Numbered from the stretch's first letter, positions 17,600-26,458 are shown. The stretch is 64,000 nucleotides of DNA from Elusimicrobiota bacterium (GCA_043813605.1 JBDRKX010000064.1:129-64128), one strand, 5' to 3'. Program-made: numbers and translations. The notes: generated by a model from the sequence alone, not told the origin.

Positions 17600-19532
17600 G
17601 GGACTTCAGGTATTTCCTTAATATTTCTTCAAATAAAAGAAGCATGAAAACAGTAATCAGTACTGGCAGGCTTTTTTCTTTTCCGGTCACTTTCTTAAGT
17701 ATTTCATCATAGAGATCCGTTGAACATGGTATATATTCAAAAATATCAGCATTAAGATATTTTTTGACTCTAGTGATATCTGCCTGCCGAAGAGCCGATT
17801 CACCGGTAGAACTATCAAGATTTACAGATATGACTTCAGTATCATGTTCCGCTATGGCAGGATAATTGCCGGGAAGTGTGCCGATTTTCACGGGAAGGGT
17901 TCTCTTTTCAGGGAATCCGTTTGTATTTTTATTTCCCGGTTCTTGAGATAATCCGGCTATCCGGTATTCACCTCTTGAAGTTTCATTGCCGGCCAGGTAT
18001 TTTATCAATTCGTGAACAAAAGCGGGGAATGTGGAATTCAGCGGAAAATCCGACCAGTCCATATCAGGTGTTGATGTAAATAAAGCTGAATTCCCCCTGT
18101 TTAATCCATCGCCTGAATATATCCATAGAAGCGGATACCCCCCTGCAGTTATTTGAGGTTTTTCAGGGAGTTCTGCCTGTGTCGAAAACAAATTATTAAG
18201 TGTAATGGCTGTTCCGACGGGAAAAACATCTTTAAATATACCTGATGCGGTCAACCCTGTTATTTTTTTGACCTCAACCGGTTTTCGTGAAATAATGTCT
18301 ACAGGCATAAGTGAAGAGAGCATAATATTCAAAGGTCTGTTCTCAACATTGCTGCCGAGGAATAAGCAGACACCCTTTCCGGATGAAGAAAACTTTTCAG
18401 CAGCTTCGCTCACGGCTTTTGAAATCTTGACATTAAGGAGAAGAAGGATATCGTAATCGGCAGTATTTATGCTGGTTAACTCGGCTGCATTTATGATCCT
18501 TGCCGATACAGGTGTGTCATAATCGCCGGGGGCCAGCGCCCTGGCTATAAAGTAGCTTTCTCCGCCCATAAGTGTATAACCGGGTTCACCGTCTACTATT
18601 AATACTCTTATCTTCTCTCTTACATCAATATGAAAATATCCTGCATTGTCTATATCAATGCGGTCATTTTCGGAGGAGAGTGTCTCCATGCGTATGAGAC
18701 ATGCGTGCATCCCCTTGCGGTCAAAAGTATAACTGAAGTTAACTTCTTCTTTCCCGGAGAACTCGATGGTTTTAGTATTCCGGCTGACACCGTTGATCTC
18801 GAGTCCGATATCAGCCTTGACAGCATCTGACGAATTGAGTCCTGATTTGATGGACGATCTGATACCCCTGTAAAACACCGGGATGTCTGTTCTTTCGATC
18901 CATGCGTTTTTTGAAGCATCACATATATCTATCATAAGAAAATGCATGCCTGGTCTATGAGCTTTTATGATCTCGCCCATGAATCCGTCGTCTGTAAAAT
19001 CCGAGAGTATGATAAAATTCAGTACGCCGCTTTCTTTAAGTGTATCTTCCAGTGCTTCCACTGAATCATGTATGGCTTTAATGGTATCTGTCCTCTTTCC
19101 GGAAGATACTGTTTTTTCTATGTATTCATGCAGCGTATTTCTGTCATCTGAAAAGGGATAAAGGTATTCAAGGCCTTCATTGAAAGTCGCCACAGCAAAC
19201 CGTCCTTTCAGATCAGCGGTCAATTTCAAGGCTGTCTTTTTCGCCAGTTCAATCGCCTTTTCTCCAGTACTGATACGGCAGTCCATGCTGTAAGAATTAT
19301 CTATAAGTATTATGTGGTCCTTAATTTCTGAGCCGGCGCCTGAATATCCTTTCCATACAGGTCCGGCATAAGCAACAGTAAGGAGGACGATAATGAGCAT
19401 GCGCAGCAACAGGACCAGCAGGTGAAACAGCTGGTATCTCTTGAGTATCCTACTGGAAGACGGAAGTATAAACCTGAGTGTAGGGAATTCGATATGCTTT
19501 ACCGGTTTGCGGTTTAAAAGGTGTATTAACAA
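17589..19532 (-). CDS. BatA-like protein: aerotolerance-regulator N-terminal double-TM plus von Willebrand factor A domain
   Basis: The N-terminus is FPTLRFILPSSSRILKRYQLFHLLVLLLRMLIIVLLTVAYAGP. A vWA MIDAS motif follows (DHIILIDNSYSMD). It overlaps both neighbours. Confidence 0.55.
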   Translation of the reverse strand: MLIHLLNRKPVKHIEFPTLRFILPSSSRILKRYQLFHLLVLLLRMLIIVLLTVAYAGPVWKGYSGAGSEIKDHIILIDNSYSMDCRISTGEKAIELAKKTALKLTADLKGRFAVATFNEGLEYLYPFSDDRNTLHEYIEKTVSSGKRTDTIKAIHDSVEALEDTLKESGVLNFIILSDFTDDGFMGEIIKAHRPGMHFLMIDICDASKNAWIERTDIPVFYRGIRSSIKSGLNSSDAVKADIGLEINGVSRNTKTIEFSGKEEVNFSYTFDRKGMHACLIRMETLSSENDRIDIDNAGYFHIDVREKIRVLIVDGEPGYTLMGGESYFIARALAPGDYDTPVSARIINAAELTSINTADYDILLLLNVKISKAVSEAAEKFSSSGKGVCLFLGSNVENRPLNIMLSSLMPVDIISRKPVEVKKITGLTASGIFKDVFPVGTAITLNNLFSTQAELPEKPQITAGGYPLLWIYSGDGLNRGNSALFTSTPDMDWSDFPLNSTFPAFVHELIKYLAGNETSRGEYRIAGLSQEPGNKNTNGFPEKRTLPVKIGTLPGNYPAIAEHDTEVISVNLDSSTGESALRQADITRVKKYLNADIFEYIPCSTDLYDEILKKVTGKEKSLPVLITVFMLLLFEEILRKYLKSHES

Positions 19533-19582
19533 AGGTATGCCGGCAAACAGGCTGAACCATAAAAAAGACGGTTTGATGAATG

Positions 19583-20470
19583 TCAGATTAATATTTTCTT
19601 CCTCCCTTCCATAAATTTAGACAATGCTTTATCGAGCGTCATATCGGTAGTTATCCTGCAGTAATCGATATTATGTGAGCGTAGATTTAATTCGATATTT
19701 TTCAGGTAGGCTTTGATGTTTTTTCTGTATTCCTTCCTTATTATTTCCGGATATGTACGTACCCGGCCCCGTGTTTCCATATCATGATATTCTACCGGTC
19801 CTGACTGTCTGAAATTGATCTCTTCGGGATCCAGTATATGAAAAACAATAAGGTCATTTTTTAAATACGGAAAGAACTTGAGTGCCTTTGTAAGAATATC
19901 CGTATCTTCCAGGAGATCTGAAAAAACGACAAGCAGACTCCGCTTTGTGATCCTTTTTCCTATATGGTCAAACGATTTATGGAAATCAGTTCTTCCTGAT
20001 GGCCTTAATCCGTCAAGTTTTTCCAGCACATGTTGAAGATGCGCACTGAAGTTGCGCGGAGGGATAAAGTCTCCTATCGAGTCCCCGAAAGTTATCAATC
20101 CGGCAGAATCGTGCTGTTTTATCATCAGGTATGTGATAGCTGCACTGAGATAGGTGGCATATTCGAGTTTAGTAACATCGGACGAGGTGTATCCCATAGA
20201 CGAAGATGTATCTATTATCGAATACCCGCGCAGGTTTGTCTCTTCCTGAAACTGTTTCACGTAATACCTGTCGGTTCTGGCAAATATTTTCCAGTCTATA
20301 TATTTGAGTTCATCGCCGGGAGCATACTGTCTGTGCTGTGCGAATTCCAGGCTCGCGCCCCTGAACGGACTTTGATGAAGGCCGCCGGTGTAACCTTCTG
20401 CGACATAGCGCGCACGCAGCGTCATAGAGGACATTTTTTTTAAAAGAGCAGCGTCTAACTTAATGGACAC
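19583..20470 (-). CDS. DUF58 family protein (MoxR partner, vWA-like)
   Basis: RYVAEGYTGGLHQSPFRGASLEFAQHRQYAPGDELKYIDWKIFARTDRYYVKQFQEE is the canonical DUF58 core. It lies immediately downstream of MoxR with an 11-nt overlap. Confidence 0.65.
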   Translation of the reverse strand: MSIKLDAALLKKMSSMTLRARYVAEGYTGGLHQSPFRGASLEFAQHRQYAPGDELKYIDWKIFARTDRYYVKQFQEETNLRGYSIIDTSSSMGYTSSDVTKLEYATYLSAAITYLMIKQHDSAGLITFGDSIGDFIPPRNFSAHLQHVLEKLDGLRPSGRTDFHKSFDHIGKRITKRSLLVVFSDLLEDTDILTKALKFFPYLKNDLIVFHILDPEEINFRQSGPVEYHDMETRGRVRTYPEIIRKEYRKNIKAYLKNIELNLRSHNIDYCRITTDMTLDKALSKFMEGRKKILI

Positions 20471-21443
20471 TGTCTAGAAGGTGTGATATTATATCTTCGG
20501 AGCCTATACCTTCGGATTCTGCGTTGAAATTCGGTATGATACGGTGTCTGAGTACCGGTCTTGCAAGGGCATTGACATCGGATACTGATACATTATAGGA
20601 GCCGCGAAGAATCGCTCTGGCCTTACTTCCCAGAATAAGATACTGGGAAGCCCTTGGTCCGGCGCCCCAAGCAACATAGTTCTCTATGAACTTATCGGCT
20701 GAACCGGGTCTTGATGATGATACCAGACTGACAGCATATTCAATAACTTCATCAGATACGGGAACATCCCTTACAATATCCTGCAGGTTTATTATCTCTT
20801 TTGCTGTCAGGACCTTTGTGACTTTTTCTTCACTGCCGAATGTTGTCAGCTTTACGATCTTCTTCTCTTCCTCGAAATCCGGGTAATCGATCTTTATACT
20901 GAAGAAAAACCTGTCAAGTTGGGCTTCCGGGAGCGGATAAGTCCCTTCCTGCTCAATGGGATTCTGTGTGGCGAGGACAAAAAACGGCAGCTTCAGGGGA
21001 TTTGTCACACCGCCTGCGGTAACGGCGTATTCCTGCATTGCCTGAAGAAGTGCTGACTGGGTCTTAGGAGGCGTCCTGTTGATCTCATCGGCAAGGACAA
21101 TATTTGCGAATACAGGTCCAGTTATGAATCTGAACATCCTTTTACCGGTTTTCTGGTCTTCTTCTACAACCTCGGTTCCTGTTATATCAGAAGGCATAAG
21201 GTCAGGGGTGAACTGTATACGGCTGAAATCAAGATCAAGGATATCTGCAAGCGTACGGACGATCTTTGTCTTAGCAAGCCCTGGAACACCGACTATCAGA
21301 CAGTGTCCGCGAGAAAACATAGAGATCAGTATAAGGTCTATTATGTCTTTTTGGCCAACTATTACTTTGTCGAGTTCTTCCAGGATGACTTTGCGGCCGT
21401 CCGCAAGTTTTTCTATTAATTTCAATTCAGATGATTTTTCCAT
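20460..21443 (-). CDS. MoxR-family AAA+ ATPase
   Basis: Walker A is GVPGLAKTK. Walker B is VLADEINRTPPKTQSALLQAMQE. MoxR-type sensor motifs are present. The length is 327 aa. Confidence 0.85.
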   Translation of the reverse strand: MEKSSELKLIEKLADGRKVILEELDKVIVGQKDIIDLILISMFSRGHCLIVGVPGLAKTKIVRTLADILDLDFSRIQFTPDLMPSDITGTEVVEEDQKTGKRMFRFITGPVFANIVLADEINRTPPKTQSALLQAMQEYAVTAGGVTNPLKLPFFVLATQNPIEQEGTYPLPEAQLDRFFFSIKIDYPDFEEEKKIVKLTTFGSEEKVTKVLTAKEIINLQDIVRDVPVSDEVIEYAVSLVSSSRPGSADKFIENYVAWGAGPRASQYLILGSKARAILRGSYNVSVSDVNALARPVLRHRIIPNFNAESEGIGSEDIISHLLDSVH

Positions 21444-21494
21444 TTGAATATTACGCGGGCATAAATCCCTTATATAGAAACAACGACCTGCCTG

Positions 21495-21590
21495 TTATTT
21501 CTTTTTCTTTTTATGCCTGTCTCTTTTTCTGCGTTTCTTCAGTTTATGTGTTCTGATCTTTCTTAGTTTTGCTCTTCTGCCTTTAACCAT
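21495..21590 (-). CDS. Tiny poly-basic peptide (31 aa, MVKGRRAKLRKIRTHKLKKRRKRDRHKKKKK)
   Basis: An ATG at 21590 overlaps the stop of the upstream 231 aa gene (ATGGTTAA). It is in the same operon, 50 nt upstream of MoxR. It is below the ORF-track size cutoff. Two-thirds of its residues are Lys/Arg. Confidence 0.25.
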   Translation of the reverse strand: MVKGRRAKLRKIRTHKLKKRRKRDRHKKKKK

Positions 21591-22278
21591 ATTTCCTCGT
21601 CTGTCCGAATAACCTGAAGAACCGGTCCTCATATTCATTGAAGAGGTTATGCTTGTTCAACATGTTACCCAATTCGCTTCTTGCCATCTTGTCGTTTTTC
21701 GCCTTTATAAAAAGATATTCTATCTTGTTCCTGATATTCCCGGGAATATCGCCTCCGTCTTCAAAGAGTCCATGTTCTTCCAGTTCGCTGATATTCTCAG
21801 CTGCTGATTTCATAGTCATATCGATAATAAATTTCATAACAGAAATCTGCCAAGTATCATCATTACCGGATATTATGGCAGCAAGGTTGTTCTGCTTTTT
21901 TTTAAGTTCAGAATTTATTTTTTCATATACTTCCATGATTGTCGATTTTGCTTCGGTAACAATACCCGACTCATTATTAAACCTGTAATTAAGTATTTTT
22001 ATGTTCTTCCCGAAAGCTTCAAATAGTTCCTCGGGGTATTTTTCTGCAAAATCGCCAAAACCCTCGAACAGATCCGCTATCTGAACAGGCCCTAGTATCT
22101 CCGGTCTGCGGGAAACAACTTTTCCTTCTCTTATCTTGATCATCTCTCCCCGGGTGCTGAGAAGATAGTAATCCATATTTGTCGTACCGAATGTTGCGAT
22201 CTTTCTATTTGGCATTTTCATTATAGCCGTATTCATGATCGCCTTACTGAAAATCTCGTCTTTTTCCATATCTGCCAT
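21583..22278 (-). CDS. Hypothetical protein (231 aa, no recognisable domain)
   Basis: A long ORF with compositional coding character. It sits 5 nt after the BI-1 gene and is coupled to the small basic peptide ORF. I recognise no motif. Confidence 0.5.
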   Translation of the reverse strand: MADMEKDEIFSKAIMNTAIMKMPNRKIATFGTTNMDYYLLSTRGEMIKIREGKVVSRRPEILGPVQIADLFEGFGDFAEKYPEELFEAFGKNIKILNYRFNNESGIVTEAKSTIMEVYEKINSELKKKQNNLAAIISGNDDTWQISVMKFIIDMTMKSAAENISELEEHGLFEDGGDIPGNIRNKIEYLFIKAKNDKMARSELGNMLNKHNLFNEYEDRFFRLFGQTRKYG

Positions 22279-22283
22279 TAATA

Positions 22284-23030
22284 CTATCTCCGGCTCTGAA
22301 GCTTAGTGAGCAGCCTGAGGATCTCTATATACAGCCATATAAGTGTGACCATTAGGCCGAATGCCGCATACCATTCCATATACAGAGGTGCTCCTGACCT
22401 TGCGCCGTTTTCGATGAAATCGAAATCCAGCACAAGATTGAGCGCAGCTATTGTGACAACAAAAAGACTGAAACCGATTCCGACTATACCGTTTCCATGA
22501 ATAAAGGAAAGGTTCATCCCGAGCAGTCCCATAATAAATGATACCAGATAAACGATAAAAATACCGCCGGTAGCGGCTATTACACCGAGTTTAAAATTCT
22601 CACTCACGTTAATAATGCGGGCTTTATAAAGAAAGAGCAGGGAGAAGAGTGTACCGAAAGTCAATGCGGCTGCCTGAATCACCAGCCCGGGATACCTGGC
22701 TTCGACAAGAGCTGAAATACCGCCTACAGCTAGTCCTTCCAGAAGAGCATATATCGGAGCAGTTATGGGAGCTGCCTTCTTATTGAATATTGTGATAAGC
22801 GCAAGTACCAGCCCGCCTACGATACCTATCAGCATCCAGCCGGTTACGGACTCGGCAGATCCTGTCTTAAAGAACTGTCCCCATACGTATATTGCCGTTA
22901 TCAGCAGCAGTGCAAGAAGTATGAATGCCTTATTGACCACTCCCTGAATTGTCATAGTCTCCGTATACTGTCCTACACCTCCGAATTCCCTGAATATGTT
23001 CTTTGACAGCGCGGGATTAGAAGTTTTCAT
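22284..23030 (-). CDS. Bax inhibitor-1 / YccA family membrane protein
   Basis: It is 248 aa with 7 predicted TM helices. Conserved BI-1 features (GGLVLALITIF...GIFIVYL...DFDFIENGA..., with the charged C-terminus RLLTKLQSRR) are typical of the UPF0005/BI-1 family. It has a strong AAGGAGG ribosome-binding site. Confidence 0.7.
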   Translation of the reverse strand: MKTSNPALSKNIFREFGGVGQYTETMTIQGVVNKAFILLALLLITAIYVWGQFFKTGSAESVTGWMLIGIVGGLVLALITIFNKKAAPITAPIYALLEGLAVGGISALVEARYPGLVIQAAALTFGTLFSLLFLYKARIINVSENFKLGVIAATGGIFIVYLVSFIMGLLGMNLSFIHGNGIVGIGFSLFVVTIAALNLVLDFDFIENGARSGAPLYMEWYAAFGLMVTLIWLYIEILRLLTKLQSRR

Positions 23031-23080
23031 CTGTCTTCCCCTCCTTCTTTATAAGTTATAATAATCATTAATAAAATATT

Positions 23081-23109
23081 AGTAGTGCATATTATACAAT
23101 ACAAGTTGT
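23081..23109 (-). promoter_or_regulatory. Near-consensus sigma70 promoter (TTGACC-N15-TG-TATAAT, extended -10) for the BI-1 through DUF4175 operon
   Basis: On the minus strand the sequence reads aTTGACCaaatacaacttgtatTGTATAAT. The hexamers are 17 nt apart and TG sits at -15/-14. The site is about 50 nt upstream of the BI-1 ATG, with the AAGGAGG site in between. Confidence 0.5.
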
Positions 23110-23182
23110 ATTTGGTCAATCATCCGGCCCTGTTTCAAGCTTATACTATTGACAGGAAAAGCAGATACGCGTTATAAATCAT

Positions 23183-24187
23183 TTACCCTCGAGCATGATC
23201 TTTCAGTATACTGACCTGATCGATTTTGCCCAGTACGATCAGTACCTGTTCGCCTTTCAGCTCAGTATCAGGCGGGGGATTATAAATATACCGGCCGGCC
23301 TCCTTGTCTTTTACTGCAATAATAATAAGGTCTATATTCCGGAATATCTTCGCATCACCTATCCTTACACCGGCCAGACCGGAAGTTGAACCTATCTCTA
23401 CCTCTTCTACCCTGAGTGCGCCGTCTTTTGCCCTCAGCATTACATCCAGGAAAGAGACGACTGTAGGCCTGAGCATTTCAGAAGCCATTCTCATCCCGCC
23501 TATCGCATTTGCGGAAACTATTGCATTTGCTCCGGCAGTCCTCAGCTTATGCTCCGACTCCTCGGCCAGAGACCTTGTAACAATTCTAATACCCGGATTC
23601 AGGCTCCTTGCAGTCAATACGACAAAAAGATTATCCTTATCGGAAGAAAAAGTCGTTATAAGTCCCTTTGCATTTAATATTCCGGCACTGAGAAGTATGT
23701 CGTCCAATGAGGCATCACCGATAACATAGAGAAGATCTTCATGTTTTTCTCTTAACATAGATATCCTGGATTCATCCTTTTCAATTGCTACACACGGATT
23801 CTTAGTCGAGATGAATTCATTTATCACATGTTTTCCTGTATCGCCCATCCCGCATATTATATAATGTTTGTTTAGTTTTGAAATCTGCTTCTTCATTTTT
23901 TTCCTCCTGAGGATCCTCATCAATTCACCCTCAACTATAAAAACGGTCACAGCCCCCAGCCCGTAGAATATTACGCTGAATCCGATCATTATCAGCAACA
24001 CAGTAAATAGCCGGCCTGCAGAAGAGAGAGTATTTACTTCCATAAAACCGACTGTTGTCAGTGTTATTACAGTCATGTAAAGTGAATCTAAGAAAGGCCA
24101 GCCTTCAATGATCATATATCCTGCTATTCCCGCAGTGAATATGAACATCAGTACGAGTATTATCCTGATTATGCTTTTATGTATCAT
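23183..24187 (-). CDS. Two-TM potassium-channel-like protein with RCK (TrkA-N/TrkA-C) domains (MthK-like architecture). The pore filter is non-canonical.
   Basis: The likely start is MIHKSII at 24187. The ORF-track start at 24469 would overlap the kinase gene. The order is M1 helix, pore helix LYMTVITLTTVGFME (canonical TVGYGD), M2 helix, then a Rossmann GxGxxG (ICGMGDTGKHV) and an RCK C-terminal domain. Confidence 0.65.
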   Translation of the reverse strand: MIHKSIIRIILVLMFIFTAGIAGYMIIEGWPFLDSLYMTVITLTTVGFMEVNTLSSAGRLFTVLLIMIGFSVIFYGLGAVTVFIVEGELMRILRRKKMKKQISKLNKHYIICGMGDTGKHVINEFISTKNPCVAIEKDESRISMLREKHEDLLYVIGDASLDDILLSAGILNAKGLITTFSSDKDNLFVVLTARSLNPGIRIVTRSLAEESEHKLRTAGANAIVSANAIGGMRMASEMLRPTVVSFLDVMLRAKDGALRVEEVEIGSTSGLAGVRIGDAKIFRNIDLIIIAVKDKEAGRYIYNPPPDTELKGEQVLIVLGKIDQVSILKDHARG

Positions 24188-24278
24188 CACGATTCCAGGG
24201 ATAATATTACAAAAAAAAACTGAAGGTAGCAAATAAAAACTGATAATATTCAGACAATAGTTAAGAAAACGCTGAAGA

Positions 24279-25454
24279 TCAACCGGCATCTTCCGGCCAT
24301 GCGGGAACGCTCTTCCCGTCTTCAAATGAAAAGAGCTGCACATTTGAGCAGTTATTGCATTGCAGGACCCTGAATACATGCGTCTTTGAAGGATGCAGTC
24401 CGAAATTCTCTGTCCGGATGGCATTCCTGTCAATGACCATCTCGTAGCGCCCTTCTCCGCAGACAACACATAGACTGGCTATATGCGGACCGCCGCCGGT
24501 AAGACGGTCTATCCTGTAAAGGACTTCATCTATCGCTTCCATTAGTTGAATCCCGTTTTTAATAAACATATCATTTTTTTCCCTTATACATTTTACAAGC
24601 AGCGAATTAACAGCATCACCAGCGGGATCATCCGGGAGCAATTTCCTAAGATCGTTTTCCGAATTAATATAATAGTATCCGTGCATCCTTGATTTTCCTG
24701 TTATCATCGACCAGAGCAGTTTTCCCACAGAAAAGACATCGATAGAAGGTTCCAATCTAGCGATCTCTGTGCCTTTTGCCCATGGAGGCAGCCATTCATT
24801 CATGTTTATGTCTTCAAGAGTCGCTGTCAGACAGGAATGCTCAAGATCCTTAAAGAATACGATGGTCGGATCACCCAGGATCAGATTAGAGTTATCTATG
24901 AATATGTTGCCGGGTTTAATATTCCTGTGTACAAGTCCCTTTTTATGTATGATAGACAAAGCTTCAACAACGGGCCTGACAGCAAGTATGGAAGATTTGA
25001 TACTGCCTGCCATAAATTTACTGTTTTTCTTATAGGTACCGTCCCGGTAGTATTTAAAGACAAACCACTGCTCATCGATATCATAATCCAGTATCCTTAT
25101 AAATGCCTGATGGCCCACAGATGCAAACAGGGGCATCTCTTTTTCTATCAGTTCATCGGTTTCTCTGACAAACCTTGCGCTTTCCGGCCGATGGAATATT
25201 TTAAGAGTTCCCTGATTAAGGGGGGTTTCTGACCGGACAATATCTGTAACAGCATCATAGAATGCACTGAAACTGAGGTCTATCTTGTCTGACTGGATCT
25301 CTTTTTTGACTTTTTCGAACGCTTTCTTGTCGAAAGTAAACCTGTTTTTATCTATGACGTGTAATACTCTGCCCTGACTCCCGCTGCCTATCTCGCTTAG
25401 AATATGCCATTTGTCTTTGTAGTTCACTTGACCTCCCGTCCGATCATCATTCAT
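24279..25454 (-). CDS. Atypical protein-kinase-like protein with a C-terminal Cys4 zinc-ribbon
   Basis: Glycine-rich loop: IGSGSQGRV. Catalytic-loop variant: HRNIKPGNIFID. The DFG position reads DPT (LILGDPTIV). APE-like: PPWAKGTE. The C-terminus has CVVCGEG...(24 aa)...CNNCSN. Confidence 0.5.
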   Translation of the reverse strand: MNDDRTGGQVNYKDKWHILSEIGSGSQGRVLHVIDKNRFTFDKKAFEKVKKEIQSDKIDLSFSAFYDAVTDIVRSETPLNQGTLKIFHRPESARFVRETDELIEKEMPLFASVGHQAFIRILDYDIDEQWFVFKYYRDGTYKKNSKFMAGSIKSSILAVRPVVEALSIIHKKGLVHRNIKPGNIFIDNSNLILGDPTIVFFKDLEHSCLTATLEDINMNEWLPPWAKGTEIARLEPSIDVFSVGKLLWSMITGKSRMHGYYYINSENDLRKLLPDDPAGDAVNSLLVKCIREKNDMFIKNGIQLMEAIDEVLYRIDRLTGGGPHIASLCVVCGEGRYEMVIDRNAIRTENFGLHPSKTHVFRVLQCNNCSNVQLFSFEDGKSVPAWPEDAG

Positions 25455-25557
25455 TTGATTTAATAATAAATAATAATATATAAAACCATACTCTGCAAGA
25501 TTGTGTTCTGTTTTGTCCTGGACTGTTTTGTCCGGATGGGAATTTTTTTAAGAAGAC

Positions 25558-25842
25558 TCAGTTCTCTTCAGGGTCATCGGATGTGATTATCTGCAGCCGG
25601 AGTCTCCTGTATAGCTTTACATGTACTTCCCGGGGAACTTCCAGTTCTTCCATCTTCCGGCAAAGATATATTGTCTCACAATACGTGTTAAAAAGAGTCA
25701 TGCATTCGCTGTGCATATTGAGGTGTTCTTCTATCTCGGAACAGATATCTTCACCTAATTCTTTGTCGATATAATCAGATATCAGATCACAGAGTTCTTT
25801 AAAATCCATCTTGCATACCCTCGCTTTGAAAATATTCGCCAA
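25558..25842 (-). CDS. Putative cytoplasmic anti-sigma factor (zinc-finger-like) cognate to the upstream ECF sigma
   Basis: It is 94 aa and overlaps the ECF sigma gene by 44 nt. It has a Cys/His cluster (DICSEIEEHLNMHSECMTLFNTYCETIYLC) and no TM helix. The assignment rests mainly on size, position and the Cys/His pattern. Confidence 0.4.
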   Translation of the reverse strand: MANIFKARVCKMDFKELCDLISDYIDKELGEDICSEIEEHLNMHSECMTLFNTYCETIYLCRKMEELEVPREVHVKLYRRLRLQIITSDDPEEN

Positions 25843-26407
25843 GGCTTTCTCTTAAAAACAGACGCGCTCTGTGCACCCTGGACTTAACAGCCGTGATAGA
25901 AATGTCCAGTATCTGGGACACCTCCTCATTCGACAGGCCGTTGATGTCCCTCAATATAAGCGGTATCCTGTAGTCTATATGGAGTTGTTCAATGGCTATA
26001 TCAAGCCTATCATGTAATTCACGGTTTTCAAGTTCATCAAGCAGGTTGACCGACCAGTCTGCCTTGAGTTGTCTCTTGAGCTCATCACCGCTTCCGGTCA
26101 GAATGGGTGTTTCTATTGAATAACTTTGGTTTTTACTGTCTTTTCGTTTTTTCATCAGTGCTGCATTTGTAGCAATCCTGTATATCCATGTAGACAGTTT
26201 TGAATCTCCCCTGAAAGTAGATATCTTTTTGTAGACCTGAATAAATGTATCCTGGAGTATGTCACTGGCATCTTCCCTGTTCTGGTTGATCCTGTAAGCA
26301 AGGTTGTATACTTTGCCTTCATAACGCTTAACTATCTCTTCAAATGCCTTCTCGTCGCCTTTTTGAATCCGGTTTGCAAGCACTTCATCTGATATATCTT
26401 TTACCAT
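25799..26407 (-). CDS. RNA polymerase sigma-70 factor, ECF subfamily
   Basis: Region 2: DILQDTFIQVYKKISTFRGDSKLSTWIYRIATNAAL. Region 4 helix-turn-helix: LSNEEVSQILDISITAVKSRVHRARLFL. Confidence 0.8.
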   Translation of the reverse strand: MVKDISDEVLANRIQKGDEKAFEEIVKRYEGKVYNLAYRINQNREDASDILQDTFIQVYKKISTFRGDSKLSTWIYRIATNAALMKKRKDSKNQSYSIETPILTGSGDELKRQLKADWSVNLLDELENRELHDRLDIAIEQLHIDYRIPLILRDINGLSNEEVSQILDISITAVKSRVHRARLFLRESLGEYFQSEGMQDGF

Positions 26408-26458
26408 TCTATTAATTTAGATGCTATATAAGAGAAAAAGATTCATACGGCTTGATGT

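Noticed and set aside
24188-24469. N-terminal 94-residue extension of the K+ channel ORF (ORF-track start at 24469)
   Set aside because: It would overlap the kinase gene by 190 nt and adds no channel features. MIHKS at 24187 gives a complete M1-pore-M2 unit, though there is no strong Shine-Dalgarno either way.
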